A stretch of DNA of 64,000 nucleotides from a virus: positions 33,789 through 97,788 of IMG/VR virus record IMGVR_UViG_2910170622_000001. One strand, given 5' to 3'. Made by a program: the position numbers and the translations under genes. This document shows, in pieces, positions 54,053 to 63,439 of this stretch (position 1 is its first letter; every line of letters begins with the position of its first letter). The notes under the pieces are model-generated. The model saw nothing but the letters and a program-made list of their open reading frames with translations, was not told the DNA's origin and did not search any database.

Positions 54053-54283
54053 ATGAAAAAGCCGCACATCATCACTAGAGAAGACTTCAACGATTTTGTT
54101 GTGACACAAGTAATTGCTTCTGATAGCGACTCAGGCAAGCGACTCAGTGCTGTATGGGACATTGACGCTGATATTAATTACTTTCAGCTATTCCGCAAAA
54201 CAAAAGGCAAGTATGTGCCTGAGAAAAAGTTTGCCGTATTGGATGAGGCGATCGACGCTTACAACGACTTTAAGGGACTTTAA
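54053..54283 (+). CDS. Hypothetical protein
   Basis: AGGA RBS. Confidence 0.55.
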   Translation: MKKPHIITREDFNDFVVTQVIASDSDSGKRLSAVWDIDADINYFQLFRKTKGKYVPEKKFAVLDEAIDAYNDFKGL

Positions 54284-54285
54284 CC

Positions 54286-54474
54286 ATGACAACCACATTT
54301 TCGCAACAGCAATTTTTAACGGTTTGGGATGGAGAGTTAACTCTTAACTTTCAACAAGTCGCTAGTGTGCGCTGGTATGACGACGAAGCCGATGTGCAAA
54401 TGGCAAACGGCAAAGAATACAAAATGGAAGGCGAAGACTTCAGCGCACTCAAGCAAGCTTTAACGATTGACTAA
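54286..54474 (+). CDS. Small beta-rich protein (FlbD/LytTR-like pattern)
   Basis: LTLNFQQVASV...VQMANG; similar to 54563-54775. Confidence 0.45.
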   Translation: MTTTFSQQQFLTVWDGELTLNFQQVASVRWYDDEADVQMANGKEYKMEGEDFSALKQALTID

Positions 54475-54562
54475 CCATTCCCTGCTGCCTGCGAACAGCT
54501 TGAGCGATCGCACTTTCCCTGTTGATGGCTTGCACCAAGTAAACATTACCCACTGGAGATCT

Positions 54563-54775
54563 ATGCAATTTATCAGAGTCGGCAACCGCGTCATTAACTT
54601 AAATGACATCTCACTGGTTGAGATTAAAGAAGAATCTGATTCACCGTACAGCGAAGCTTCATACAGCGTAGTCATGACGACAATCAGAGGCGAAACGATT
54701 CTTTTTGATGACCCTACCGAGGTCAAAGCACTACGTCTGTATCTCTACCAAGTCGAAGACATCGTTCAGCCCTAA
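54563..54775 (+). CDS. Small beta-rich protein (FlbD/LytTR-like pattern)
   Basis: FIRVGNRVINLNDISLVE...VVMTTIRG. Confidence 0.5.
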   Translation: MQFIRVGNRVINLNDISLVEIKEESDSPYSEASYSVVMTTIRGETILFDDPTEVKALRLYLYQVEDIVQP

Positions 54776-54840
54776 TCCAAATCAAAAGCGATCGCCCTTC
54801 CCGCAAAGTCTGGAGCGATCGCCCAGTCAGTAATCCCTTA

Positions 54841-55626
54841 CTAGCCGTATCGGCGCTTTGATTGATTTATTGGCTCTGTTAATGCTTTTTCAGCAGTCCA
54901 TCCTTTATCAATTCTTGCTTGCAAAGTAGGTCTAGAGATTCCTGTATGCCTACTCCATTCAGCAATGGTTTTGGTTTCCCCTTTGAAAGTTAAAAGCCTT
55001 CTAGGTTTCTTTCTACCAATAGAAGAAAAAAGGGTTTGCACAGGAGCTTTCAAGGCTGTTTGAAAATCCCAACCACTTCTTAATCGTTGATAAACCACGC
55101 TTGCCGAAATACCAAAAGATTCTGCCCATTCAGAAAGGCATTTGGTTTCCCCATTAATAGTTATCAAGCGATTATTTCTCTTGTTTCTGCCTTGTTCCTT
55201 CGCAGTCGCCCATCGGCAATTTTCAGGAGTGTAGTCAGCGTTATTATCAGTGCGGTCAAGACTATATTCAGGGCTAGGGCGATCACCCATATCTGAAACA
55301 AAAGCTTCAAAACTATTCAACCAGCGATCGCACACCTTAATACCCCGCCCGCCATATCGTATCCAGTTACCGTAACTGGGGTCATAGCATCTTTTAATCA
55401 TCAAATCCCAAATAGAATAAAGACGCTTATAGCGAATCCGGAAAGAATCAAAGTTACGACATCTGCGACGTTTCTTAAAACCTTGACGGCTTTCTTTTGT
55501 AAAAACAGTTTTGCAAGCTTTGCACTTGTATGCTTGCAATCCGTTTTTCTGCTTGCCGTTTTTCCAAGCGTCAGAAGACTGGCATTGATGGCAAAGTGGT
55601 TGCGCCGCTTGAAGAAAAGTTGACAT
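54841..55626 (-). CDS. HNH homing endonuclease with N-terminal InsA-like zinc ribbon
   Basis: CHQC...KNGKQKNGLQAYKCKAC; YGGRGIKVCDRW...SLDRTDNNADYTPENCRWAT; two GETK..SEW repeats. Confidence 0.85.
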   Translation of the reverse strand: MSTFLQAAQPLCHQCQSSDAWKNGKQKNGLQAYKCKACKTVFTKESRQGFKKRRRCRNFDSFRIRYKRLYSIWDLMIKRCYDPSYGNWIRYGGRGIKVCDRWLNSFEAFVSDMGDRPSPEYSLDRTDNNADYTPENCRWATAKEQGRNKRNNRLITINGETKCLSEWAESFGISASVVYQRLRSGWDFQTALKAPVQTLFSSIGRKKPRRLLTFKGETKTIAEWSRHTGISRPTLQARIDKGWTAEKALTEPINQSKRRYG

Positions 55627-55839
55627 CTAAATCACCTCGTCTTCAAACAGATCATCAGGCTGGCACTCAAACAAATTGCAGAGCTTCGCGACTCTGACAA
55701 ACATTTTCACGCCATCCCTACTTTTTTCCCAGTTGCGAACAGTTGAAACATCTACGCCTAGCGCCTCTGCTATTTGGCGCTGCGTTAGACCTTTCTCCTC
55801 GCGCAGTTTTGCAACTCTAGACACGTAGTTTTCTCCCAT
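55627..55839 (-). CDS. XRE-family HTH regulator
   Basis: VAKLREEKGLTQRQIAEALGVDVSTVRNWE. Confidence 0.92.
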   Translation of the reverse strand: MGENYVSRVAKLREEKGLTQRQIAEALGVDVSTVRNWEKSRDGVKMFVRVAKLCNLFECQPDDLFEDEVI

Positions 55840-55888
55840 GCATTAATTCATAGCATTATCTTAGCATGAGTTTCTTCGCGTGAATTAG

Positions 55889-55917
55889 TTGACACCGCTA
55901 ACTTTTTCACACATACT
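55889..55917 (+). promoter_or_regulatory. Sigma70-type promoter
   Basis: TTGACA-17 nt-CATACT, divergent from the XRE gene. Confidence 0.65.
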
Positions 55918-56034
55918 TATAGACATGGTGAGGGGCGGCAGTTCAAACCTGCTTCCGTCAAGCCCGCCTGAGAACACCGCTAACGACACTCACGGACGGG
56001 CACCTTACCCCAACCAAATCCGAAGAATTTCACC

Positions 56035-56229
56035 ATGAAGCGAACCAAGCGACAAGCAACGATCGAAGTTTTGAAAAGAGCTATTACAGGCTGTGATAGC
56101 CAAGTGTCTGCTTTAACTGGCTTCGATGACCAGTTGGCACGTGAGACGAAAGAGTTAAAAAAAGCGTTAACCAACCGTTTAACGAAGCTCTTGATTGCAG
56201 AAAACAAAACAAGCGAAGCAAGTCAATAG
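56035..56229 (+). CDS. Hypothetical coiled-coil protein
   Basis: First ORF after the promoter and leader. Confidence 0.5.
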   Translation: MKRTKRQATIEVLKRAITGCDSQVSALTGFDDQLARETKELKKALTNRLTKLLIAENKTSEASQ

Positions 56230-56319
56230 ACCGCACATTCCCAAAACAGAAAGCGCTGCCCCTCCCGCGAAGAAAAAGCAGCGCCCTCACAAAAGTCCCA
56301 TTACTGGAACCCCTCAATC

Positions 56320-56670
56320 ATGTCACACAACCGTACCGTTAAACTTGCTCTCGCTAGTGCTGCCATTACAGGCACGATCGCCACTGCCACTGTCGCCACA
56401 ATCGCTAGTATCTTCCTGTCTGCCAACTGCGCCCAAGCAGGCAGATGTGGTGAATGTTACAACACTGGCAGACCTGGCATAAATGTCTGGGACGGCAGAG
56501 TGTCAGACTGTAAGCCCTGTGCGAAACGGGCTAGCGCTGCTAACTTTACCCCTGAGAAGACGATTGGCGGACCGAAGCGTACAGAACCAGGGTCAAGCAG
56601 AAATGCAAACCGTGATGGCATCCCTGGACCGAGAACGCCGAAGAAGGGAGATGTTAGCCGGATCGTTTAA
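56320..56670 (+). CDS. Small secreted Cys-containing protein
   Basis: Signal peptide ending AQA, then CGEC...CKPC and a Gly/Pro/Arg tail. Confidence 0.55.
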   Translation: MSHNRTVKLALASAAITGTIATATVATIASIFLSANCAQAGRCGECYNTGRPGINVWDGRVSDCKPCAKRASAANFTPEKTIGGPKRTEPGSSRNANRDGIPGPRTPKKGDVSRIV

Positions 56671-56973
56671 GGAATAGCGCGATCGCCTCACTCGCAGAAG
56701 AAAGTTGAGGCAACCACACACATCAACCCCCCTGAGTCGTCATGTACAACGCCCACATCTACCTGAAAGATTGCGAGAAATGGCTTTACCCCTTAATCCA
56801 AGCAGCTAGCTGGACAGAAGCACAACTCATTGCAGAGGCGATCGCGCTTTGCCACGGTGCCAGTATTGAAAGTCCACAAAAAGCAGTGTACGCACTGCAA
56901 CTTCAGGCTTAGTAAGCCTAATCGGTCAGTCGTGTGTTCCCAACTTTAAGTCAACAACTATTGAGGTGATGCT

Positions 56974-57285
56974 ATGCAACCACAAGCAATTAATGATGTC
57001 AATCTGGTTTTTCCAACAAGTGTCAGCAGCTTAATGCCACCGTATGCGGAGATACCAGATGAGTACAGAAACAGACGCAGCCCGTATGCCGATCTGACCT
57101 CGGAGTGGTTCTTTTCAGGGTTGAGTGAGAACAAAATCAAAGCTAAACCTGGCATTGATGAAGACTCAGCCTTGCGCCATCTGTCTACAATCATGCGATC
57201 GTTTGAGCCAAAGCACGAACACAAGATCGCAGCCGTAGCTTATCTGATGAGTCAGTGGTTCGACATTGTGGAGGTTTCATCCTAA
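56974..57285 (+). CDS. Conserved phage hypothetical protein
   Basis: GAGGTGA RBS; WFFSG...ALRHL..IMRSFEPKHEHKIAAVAYL. Confidence 0.65.
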   Translation: MQPQAINDVNLVFPTSVSSLMPPYAEIPDEYRNRRSPYADLTSEWFFSGLSENKIKAKPGIDEDSALRHLSTIMRSFEPKHEHKIAAVAYLMSQWFDIVEVSS

Positions 57286-57512
57286 AGCTCGTCGGGGTCA
57301 ATTCGGTCAAACGCCCAAATAAGTTCTTCTAGCGTTGCCTCATAAGCTCTCATCATCTTTTTAACCTCGTGCAACTTAAGAGAAGGAGATCTTCTGCCCG
57401 TCTCCCAGTCACTCAAAGTACTGGGCTGCTTGCCTATCTCTACAGCTATTTCAAACTGAGTTTTGTTGACTCGATCACGCAGTTCGCGTGGAGATAATCT
57501 GCGCTGCACCAT
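57282..57512 (-). CDS. XRE-family HTH regulator
   Basis: PRELRDRVNKTQFEIAVEIGKQPSTLSDWETG. Confidence 0.9.
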   Translation of the reverse strand: MVQRRLSPRELRDRVNKTQFEIAVEIGKQPSTLSDWETGRRSPSLKLHEVKKMMRAYEATLEELIWAFDRIDPDEL

Positions 57513-57885
57513 ACAATAAAACCTATCCGCGCTTTCACATTGGATTGCGCGAATACCCCCATAAACGTCAGAACCCTCAAGAACACAGCTTCCCGGCACG
57601 TTCCTTGAGGGTTTTGGCTTATTATCTCACCGACAGCACAAAAGACGATCACACCCCGCACCCCGCAGCAACTAGGGCGATCTCGCCTCCTTTTTTTGCC
57701 AGTAAATGCTTTTGTTCAGCAGCGCACAAAGTGCAAAATCGTTAAAATAATTTGAATCCAATCTGTGCAGAAACACGTATCAGTAAAGAGTCTTCAGCTT
57801 TCACCGATCAGAAAAATAAATTTTCGTTTACGAAGTTCAAAAGTAGTCTGGAGCACTTAAGGTTAAGGAGTCAGGCTTCAGTTTA

Positions 57886-59070
57886 GTGTTAAGCAAGTTG
57901 CCCACGATCGCCCGTTTCTTTGCATGGCGATCTGCTACCCCCAGCACAAAAATGCTTGTTGACTTTCCGCTCGGTTGCCCTCCCTTTGGCGTGTTCGATC
58001 GCAACGGTACTTATCTAATCAGTGGTAATGCTGCTGTACTTGGTATTGACGATAAGACTGTGATTGGTCAAAGCGTCTTGCAGTTCATGAGCCTAGAAGA
58101 TTGGGAATGCTTGCTCGCCCGCTTAGATGCAGGCGAAGAAGTATTGGACTATCCGCTTAAAGTGCAAACGCCGATCGGTGAAATCTTAGAGCAAACCGAC
58201 TGGCTGGCTGATTGTGGGCTGATTATTGCTAGCGCTAGTCGGATTGAATTGCTGGAACCTGCTAAAGTGATGAGCATCACAGGCAGCGTTGATGAAAGTA
58301 CTGATAAGCTTATAAAGCTAGGGCACAATAACAGTGCAGCGCACCGTGGTTCCCCTGAAAGTCTTGCCCCCATGACAAATAGTTTTACAGTTAGCGCTCA
58401 AGATCAAGCCGTACTGCAATGGCTCAGTGTAGCCGGAGAACCGCAAAAGCTAAAAGTTGAGTGGCGTCAACACGAAATTACCGTAGTCTGCGGCGATCGA
58501 TTGCAGGCAGGCGAACTCTTGTTTAATCTCAACACGCTTCTACCAACAAACTTAAAGTGGGTCAAAATTTATGTGGGGAGAAGTTTTTATAAAAGCTTCT
58601 CCCTTGATAAGGTGAGGGTGCAAGCAATACCGACAAACACCATGATAGCAATTGAGACTATGCCCTCAACATGGGCGAAGCAAAATCTAAACGTTTTCAA
58701 AGCGACACCAGGCACCGTAGCAATGCTCAGCACCAAACCTGGTTACAACTACCTTGCTTTGAAACCTGAACTAACAGAAGGACGGTTGAATAAGCCCATC
58801 TCTGATTTGATCGGTAAGCCTCTACGGACGATCGACAAAGACTTGTGGTTGCCACGCGAACGAGCGATCGAGCAAGTGATTGCCACTGGTGAGAATGAGA
58901 CTTACTTCTACGAACATTTCTGGGAAGGTCTAACGTGGCGGTTCAAATGTACCGTAGCGCTAGCGTCTCCTGATGAAGTGATGACCATCGTAGAAGACAA
59001 CGATCAGGATGAGCGATCGGTCTGGCAGAAAATTTGGTGGCGTAACCGACTTGCAACCGCTAACAGCTAA
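57886..59070 (+). CDS. Tandem PAS-like domain protein without a recognisable output domain
   Basis: GVFDRNGTYL...AVLGIDDKTVIGQSVLQFM; second PAS-like segment NKPISDLIGKPL...AIEQVIATGE...WRFKCTVAL. Confidence 0.6.
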   Translation: MLSKLPTIARFFAWRSATPSTKMLVDFPLGCPPFGVFDRNGTYLISGNAAVLGIDDKTVIGQSVLQFMSLEDWECLLARLDAGEEVLDYPLKVQTPIGEILEQTDWLADCGLIIASASRIELLEPAKVMSITGSVDESTDKLIKLGHNNSAAHRGSPESLAPMTNSFTVSAQDQAVLQWLSVAGEPQKLKVEWRQHEITVVCGDRLQAGELLFNLNTLLPTNLKWVKIYVGRSFYKSFSLDKVRVQAIPTNTMIAIETMPSTWAKQNLNVFKATPGTVAMLSTKPGYNYLALKPELTEGRLNKPISDLIGKPLRTIDKDLWLPRERAIEQVIATGENETYFYEHFWEGLTWRFKCTVALASPDEVMTIVEDNDQDERSVWQKIWWRNRLATANS

Positions 59071-59074
59071 CAAC

Positions 59075-59767
59075 CTAGTTTAAGGAATCAGCTAGCCCCT
59101 TGTGACACCAGGGGGCTATTTTGTGTGCAATCATGTCGTCTGTCCATTCGTCGCCCGTAATCTGACGCAGAGCAACGGAGAGAGCTGCGCAACCGCAAAA
59201 ATCAGGCTCAGCTTCGCCATTCATAAACGCTTGTAACTGAGCTTCATGACCGTCTGCAAAGTCAGCCAATACCCTCGATTGACCTTCTTCAACCGTCAAG
59301 TTTGCACGAGCAAAAGCATCCGCTAACAAAGCTGGCAAGGATTCATAAGGCATAGCATGATCATCCACATAAGAATCTGATTTTACAGTGACGATCGTTC
59401 CAGATTTTTGAGTGACATGAGACTTCAGTAATTCGGCGCAAATTTGTAGCGCTTCAGCCACAATCTCGATCGGAGCTTGCCTTAACGCCTGTAGATTGAA
59501 CTCCCCCAGGCTTTCTTTTGCCTCGTCGCCGTTCAGCCATTTTCTAACCTGCTCTTTAGTCTGCTTGCGATAAGCGGCAATCTTCTCAAGCGAATCCTCC
59601 TGTAATCCGTGGCGACCAACTTTCTGGTTTGCCCACTTTCGCACGGCTTCAGAAGAGATGCGATCGCCAGAAGCAGCGCTGATTCTGTGCGCCAGTTCAG
59701 CGTAACCGCCGACAGCTTCTGCTTCCGACTCCACCCACTGACTCAGCGTGTCCAAGTAACTTTGCAT
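59075..59767 (-). CDS. CI-like repressor (N-terminal HTH, no S24 peptidase motif seen)
   Basis: GYAELAHRI...ISSEAVRKWAN; divergent from a Cro-like ORF. Confidence 0.6.
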   Translation of the reverse strand: MQSYLDTLSQWVESEAEAVGGYAELAHRISAASGDRISSEAVRKWANQKVGRHGLQEDSLEKIAAYRKQTKEQVRKWLNGDEAKESLGEFNLQALRQAPIEIVAEALQICAELLKSHVTQKSGTIVTVKSDSYVDDHAMPYESLPALLADAFARANLTVEEGQSRVLADFADGHEAQLQAFMNGEAEPDFCGCAALSVALRQITGDEWTDDMIAHKIAPWCHKGLADSLN

Positions 59768-59972
59768 TTGTCAAACGCATTTTCAGTATTCAACACAACG
59801 CTAACATCAGAATTGTATAAAGTTGCGTACTAGCGTTGCCAACTAGAGTTGTTTTGTGGTTGTATGAAGGAGTCGGTCACTTGCTTGTGGTCGTTACTAA
59901 GACGTTTCCCATGCCCCCTGTCTCTACCAGGGGTTTTTCAGAAATCTATCTGTGACAAACATCACAAAGACT

Positions 59973-60158
59973 ATGGCTACAGCAACAAAAATTGTCGAAA
60001 ACGAAATCAAAGCGTTGCTCAACCAGGGTCTATCCCCTTACCAGGTTGAGGCGCGCCTGACCGTCGCTTATGGGTTTCGGGTAATGAGTGCCCGTAACAT
60101 TTACCGCTTGAAGCCTTTGCTGTTGAGCGAAGCGGTGCAACAACAGACCGCAGCTTAG
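59973..60158 (+). CDS. Cro-like small HTH protein
   Basis: IKALLNQGLSPYQVEARL...MSARNIYRL; heads the rightward operon. Confidence 0.55.
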   Translation: MATATKIVENEIKALLNQGLSPYQVEARLTVAYGFRVMSARNIYRLKPLLLSEAVQQQTAA

Positions 60159-60227
60159 AAAAATTGAACGCCGGAATGGTACTCCGGCTATAGCCTAAAT
60201 CGCCCTGTCAACGGCAGGACTCAGCTA

Positions 60228-60614
60228 ATGAACAATGTAACAGATACGCAGACATCAGAAGACATCGAACTGCTGCCAGTGTTTGAAAAGTGGGCAGCAT
60301 TAGAACCCGATCGCTGTAGCGTTAGTAGGTTTGACGACGGGCAAGTTTTCACGCTCAGTTTGGACGGCAATGCTGTTGCCTGGTATCTGCTTCCTAGCGC
60401 TTTAAGAGTAATGGAAAAGGCTGTTCTTCAAGCCTGCCTGCAAGAAGCGATCGCTGCACATGGTTGGCTCTACAAGATTGAAAACGCTACGGACGGGCAG
60501 CATTACGTTCAAGTATTGAAGCCAAAAAACCATGCGTACTTTACAGGGCAGCACGCTGAACCAGCGACCGCACTTCTCCTTGCCTACCTTCAGGCGCTGG
60601 AGGTAGCAGCATGA
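60228..60614 (+). CDS. Hypothetical protein
   Basis: Coupled operon; ends EVAA. Confidence 0.6.
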   Translation: MNNVTDTQTSEDIELLPVFEKWAALEPDRCSVSRFDDGQVFTLSLDGNAVAWYLLPSALRVMEKAVLQACLQEAIAAHGWLYKIENATDGQHYVQVLKPKNHAYFTGQHAEPATALLLAYLQALEVAA

Positions 60615-61024
60615 AAGTCACCACCTACGAATGCTGGGTACAAAAGTGGGAAGGCTCCGAGATGGGGTCCAAGATGCAGTACACCAGGCAGAAATTGACA
60701 CAGGCAAAAGCTGAGTTTTGCAGGATGGTTAATGAGCACCATGAAGTTGCCCTTACTGATATTCGAGCTAAATCGCTGCGCTGCGTCATTGATTCGTCGG
60801 AAGTGAGACGGATAGCTAAATACCGCAATGTGCCTTTTGTATGCAATGGGATGCGTTGTGAAGTTGGCAGCAAGATGGGGCGCATTGTTGGTGCGGGTGG
60901 CGGGGGTGCGTACCTCCAAGTGCAATACGACGATGGGGACGTTTTTTACTTTCACCCTCAAGGCGATCGCTGTCGCTTTTTTGATGAAGCAGGCAATGAA
61001 ATTGTGCGAGAGGCAGCAGCATGA
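60611..61024 (+). CDS. Hypothetical protein
   Basis: ATGA-coupled. Confidence 0.6.
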   Translation: MKVTTYECWVQKWEGSEMGSKMQYTRQKLTQAKAEFCRMVNEHHEVALTDIRAKSLRCVIDSSEVRRIAKYRNVPFVCNGMRCEVGSKMGRIVGAGGGGAYLQVQYDDGDVFYFHPQGDRCRFFDEAGNEIVREAAA

Positions 61025-61130
61025 ACCAACAGCAAACGCCACGGCAGCAACTTGAAGCGCGGTTAGCGGCAGCAGCGAAGCAGTTGTTACTTGCCAAGCG
61101 GCAGGAGAGGCAACAGCAAGGGGGCGATCG

Positions 61131-62216
61131 ATGCAACGCCTAGTCTCTCTGGTCAACTCCGCTTACATCGGCAGCAAGCTCAATCACGACGATGTGCCGC
61201 TCGATGAATCTTTCATAGTGCTACTGGAGCAATTTGCAGGCAGCGGCGGTAGTTTAATGCGTTACCTACAACGATCGTCCTACGCCGACAAAGTAAAGCA
61301 TATCGTTGTAGCTGACGCTGACCCTTGCATTCGAGCGCTGTGGCAAGCCTGGGCAGATGATGCGCTCAGAGCAGCAATGGTCGCACTGATTGAGGAAATG
61401 CAGAGAGAAGCGATCGCGCCTCTAGCAGTTGCTTTCCAGTCCTATTTCAAAGCTGATTGGTTGCCACTGAAATCTATTGAGTGGTTACTGTTGCAAGCCA
61501 AGCTACTCAAGTACTGCAAGAACTTCACCAAAGAAAAGCACAATCAAGGGCGCATTCAAACCCCTGATCTGTTGTGGCAATGGTGGAAAGTATGGCGCAG
61601 TCAGTACGACTCAATCATCAGTAATGAGTCTGCCTATAACACTGAGTTCAAAGCAGCATTCGGTGTCGTGTTCCGATGGCTAGCGCAATCGTCGATCGTG
61701 CGTACCAGTGGCAGTGGTGCCAATAATTCAGCACTGGGATGGCAAGAACGTCTAGAGAAGACTTGCAACAAGGTCTACCAATCCCCTTACCTGCCAACCG
61801 GTTGCAAGGTAGCTGTGTTTGATGATTGGGCAACGGCGACGGCATACGCTGCCACGCTCAGAGGTCGCAAACTAGCGATCAGTGATCCACCCTATTGGCA
61901 ACCGTCAGACGGCATCAAGTTAAACCCGTCTTATCACTACCATGCGCCGCACTCTGATAGTGAGTTTTGGATGGCGGTTAATTCAGTCACGCAGGCGCGT
62001 CGAGTGTGCGATCGGGTGGTTGCCTACAACTATCGATCGCCAGCGCTAGAGCAAGCTTTTGCAGATAGTTGGGCGGTGGAAGATTTGGGCATCTTGGCAC
62101 GGATTGGTTGCGGGACTGGTTTAGAAGGGGGCAGCAATCACCAGGGGCAAGGCAATGAGTATTGCTGGTCATGGCAGAAACCGCGGCAGCTTAGTTTGTT
62201 GGAGGTGGCGGCGTGA
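61131..62216 (+). CDS. Orphan Dam-like (alpha class) N6-adenine methyltransferase
   Basis: AYIGSK, EQFAGSGG (motif I), VADAD, SDPPY (motif IV). Confidence 0.8.
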   Translation: MQRLVSLVNSAYIGSKLNHDDVPLDESFIVLLEQFAGSGGSLMRYLQRSSYADKVKHIVVADADPCIRALWQAWADDALRAAMVALIEEMQREAIAPLAVAFQSYFKADWLPLKSIEWLLLQAKLLKYCKNFTKEKHNQGRIQTPDLLWQWWKVWRSQYDSIISNESAYNTEFKAAFGVVFRWLAQSSIVRTSGSGANNSALGWQERLEKTCNKVYQSPYLPTGCKVAVFDDWATATAYAATLRGRKLAISDPPYWQPSDGIKLNPSYHYHAPHSDSEFWMAVNSVTQARRVCDRVVAYNYRSPALEQAFADSWAVEDLGILARIGCGTGLEGGSNHQGQGNEYCWSWQKPRQLSLLEVAA

Positions 62217-62911
62217 AAACATCTACTTGCCCAAACTGCGATCGCCAATTCACTTACACCAGACCCCGCAAGTTCTGCAATCGACGTTGTGCTGCCACGG
62301 TTAGCGCTCAAGTGCGCGGCATGGTGGCATGGGAAGCCGATGCAGACTTTTATCTTGAAAAAGTCGCAGGCACCTTGCCTTTGTCTGATTTAGTCAAGCG
62401 CTTTAACAACACTGCAAAGAGAAAGGGTTGGGCGCAACGGTCAGAAACGGCAATCAAAGTAAGGCTGAAACGCTTAGGACTATCTTGCAAAGCATCCTTC
62501 GACAACTTCAGCACCATTGAACTAGCAAGAACTTTGAATATCAAACGAGATCGGGCTGAACTCTGGATTGAAAAAGGTTTGCTGCCCTACCGCAAAGTAA
62601 CCCGCAACGTTGGAGCCATCCGAGCAGCTGACTTCAGAGCCTTTGCTGAACAGCACTGGCAAAAATTGGCTGAAGTCGATTTAGAGGGTTTGGCATGGCT
62701 TGGTGTTAAGCCAGAACTGATTGAAGCGATCGCTGCTTTACCACCTTGTAAACATGGAAAGCCGATGCCAGTTCGCCGCACTGATACTGGCGAAGTTTTT
62801 CACAGCATCAAGGAAGCTTCCAGAAAGTGTTACGTCGATCGCACTGGCATCAGGCTCTCGGTTGAAGAGAATCGCCCAGTTTCAGGCATTAAGTGGGAGG
62901 TAGCAGCGTAA
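62213..62911 (+). CDS. Multi-HTH DNA-binding protein with zinc ribbon and NUMOD1-like tail
   Basis: CPNC...FCNRRC; HTH repeats; PVRRTDTGEVFHSIKEASR. Confidence 0.6.
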   Translation: MKTSTCPNCDRQFTYTRPRKFCNRRCAATVSAQVRGMVAWEADADFYLEKVAGTLPLSDLVKRFNNTAKRKGWAQRSETAIKVRLKRLGLSCKASFDNFSTIELARTLNIKRDRAELWIEKGLLPYRKVTRNVGAIRAADFRAFAEQHWQKLAEVDLEGLAWLGVKPELIEAIAALPPCKHGKPMPVRRTDTGEVFHSIKEASRKCYVDRTGIRLSVEENRPVSGIKWEVAA

Positions 62912-63399
62912 TGGGAGAAGCCAAACGCCGCCGCGGATCCACAGCCACAGCGATCGCCACTCAAACGTACACGCTCAATCTGTACGACGCTGCCCACTGC
63001 CCGATCGTCTCTATCCCAATGCCAATCAGAGCACGATCGAAGCCCCTCACCACTGACACCAACGCCACAGGCATGGCAGGCGCAATCATCTACTACCTTG
63101 CCAATCCCACCGACTACTTCTGGCAAGAAATGGAAGCGGCGATCGGACGGTATTGCGCCCGTCTCGTTGCCATCCCCGACCTGGAGACGATACAGGAGTG
63201 GGCAGCAGTGATGCCTAAGTCTTTCTGGGGCAACATCACCCGACCTGATGGCGTATTGGTGCAGTACAGGGACAAAGACCGAGGACCGTTAGGCGATGTG
63301 GTGATGGAGAGTCAGCTTGGGGTGGCTCCAGAGGCTGAGGGTGCCAGGAGTGAAGCGCGATCGCACGTATCTTTTACCCAAATGTTGAGGGCGAACTAA
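62911..63399 (+). CDS. Hypothetical protein
   Basis: TAATG-coupled; starts MGEAKRR. Confidence 0.55.
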   Translation: MGEAKRRRGSTATAIATQTYTLNLYDAAHCPIVSIPMPIRARSKPLTTDTNATGMAGAIIYYLANPTDYFWQEMEAAIGRYCARLVAIPDLETIQEWAAVMPKSFWGNITRPDGVLVQYRDKDRGPLGDVVMESQLGVAPEAEGARSEARSHVSFTQMLRAN

Positions 63400-63439
63400 T
63401 GGATAAAGCAGCGGCAATGAGATTAAAAAAGGCGACCTA

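Noticed and set aside
60590-61156. 188-aa minus-strand ORF and other overlapping ORFs here
   Set aside because: Antisense to an ATGA-coupled plus-strand operon with strong RBSs.
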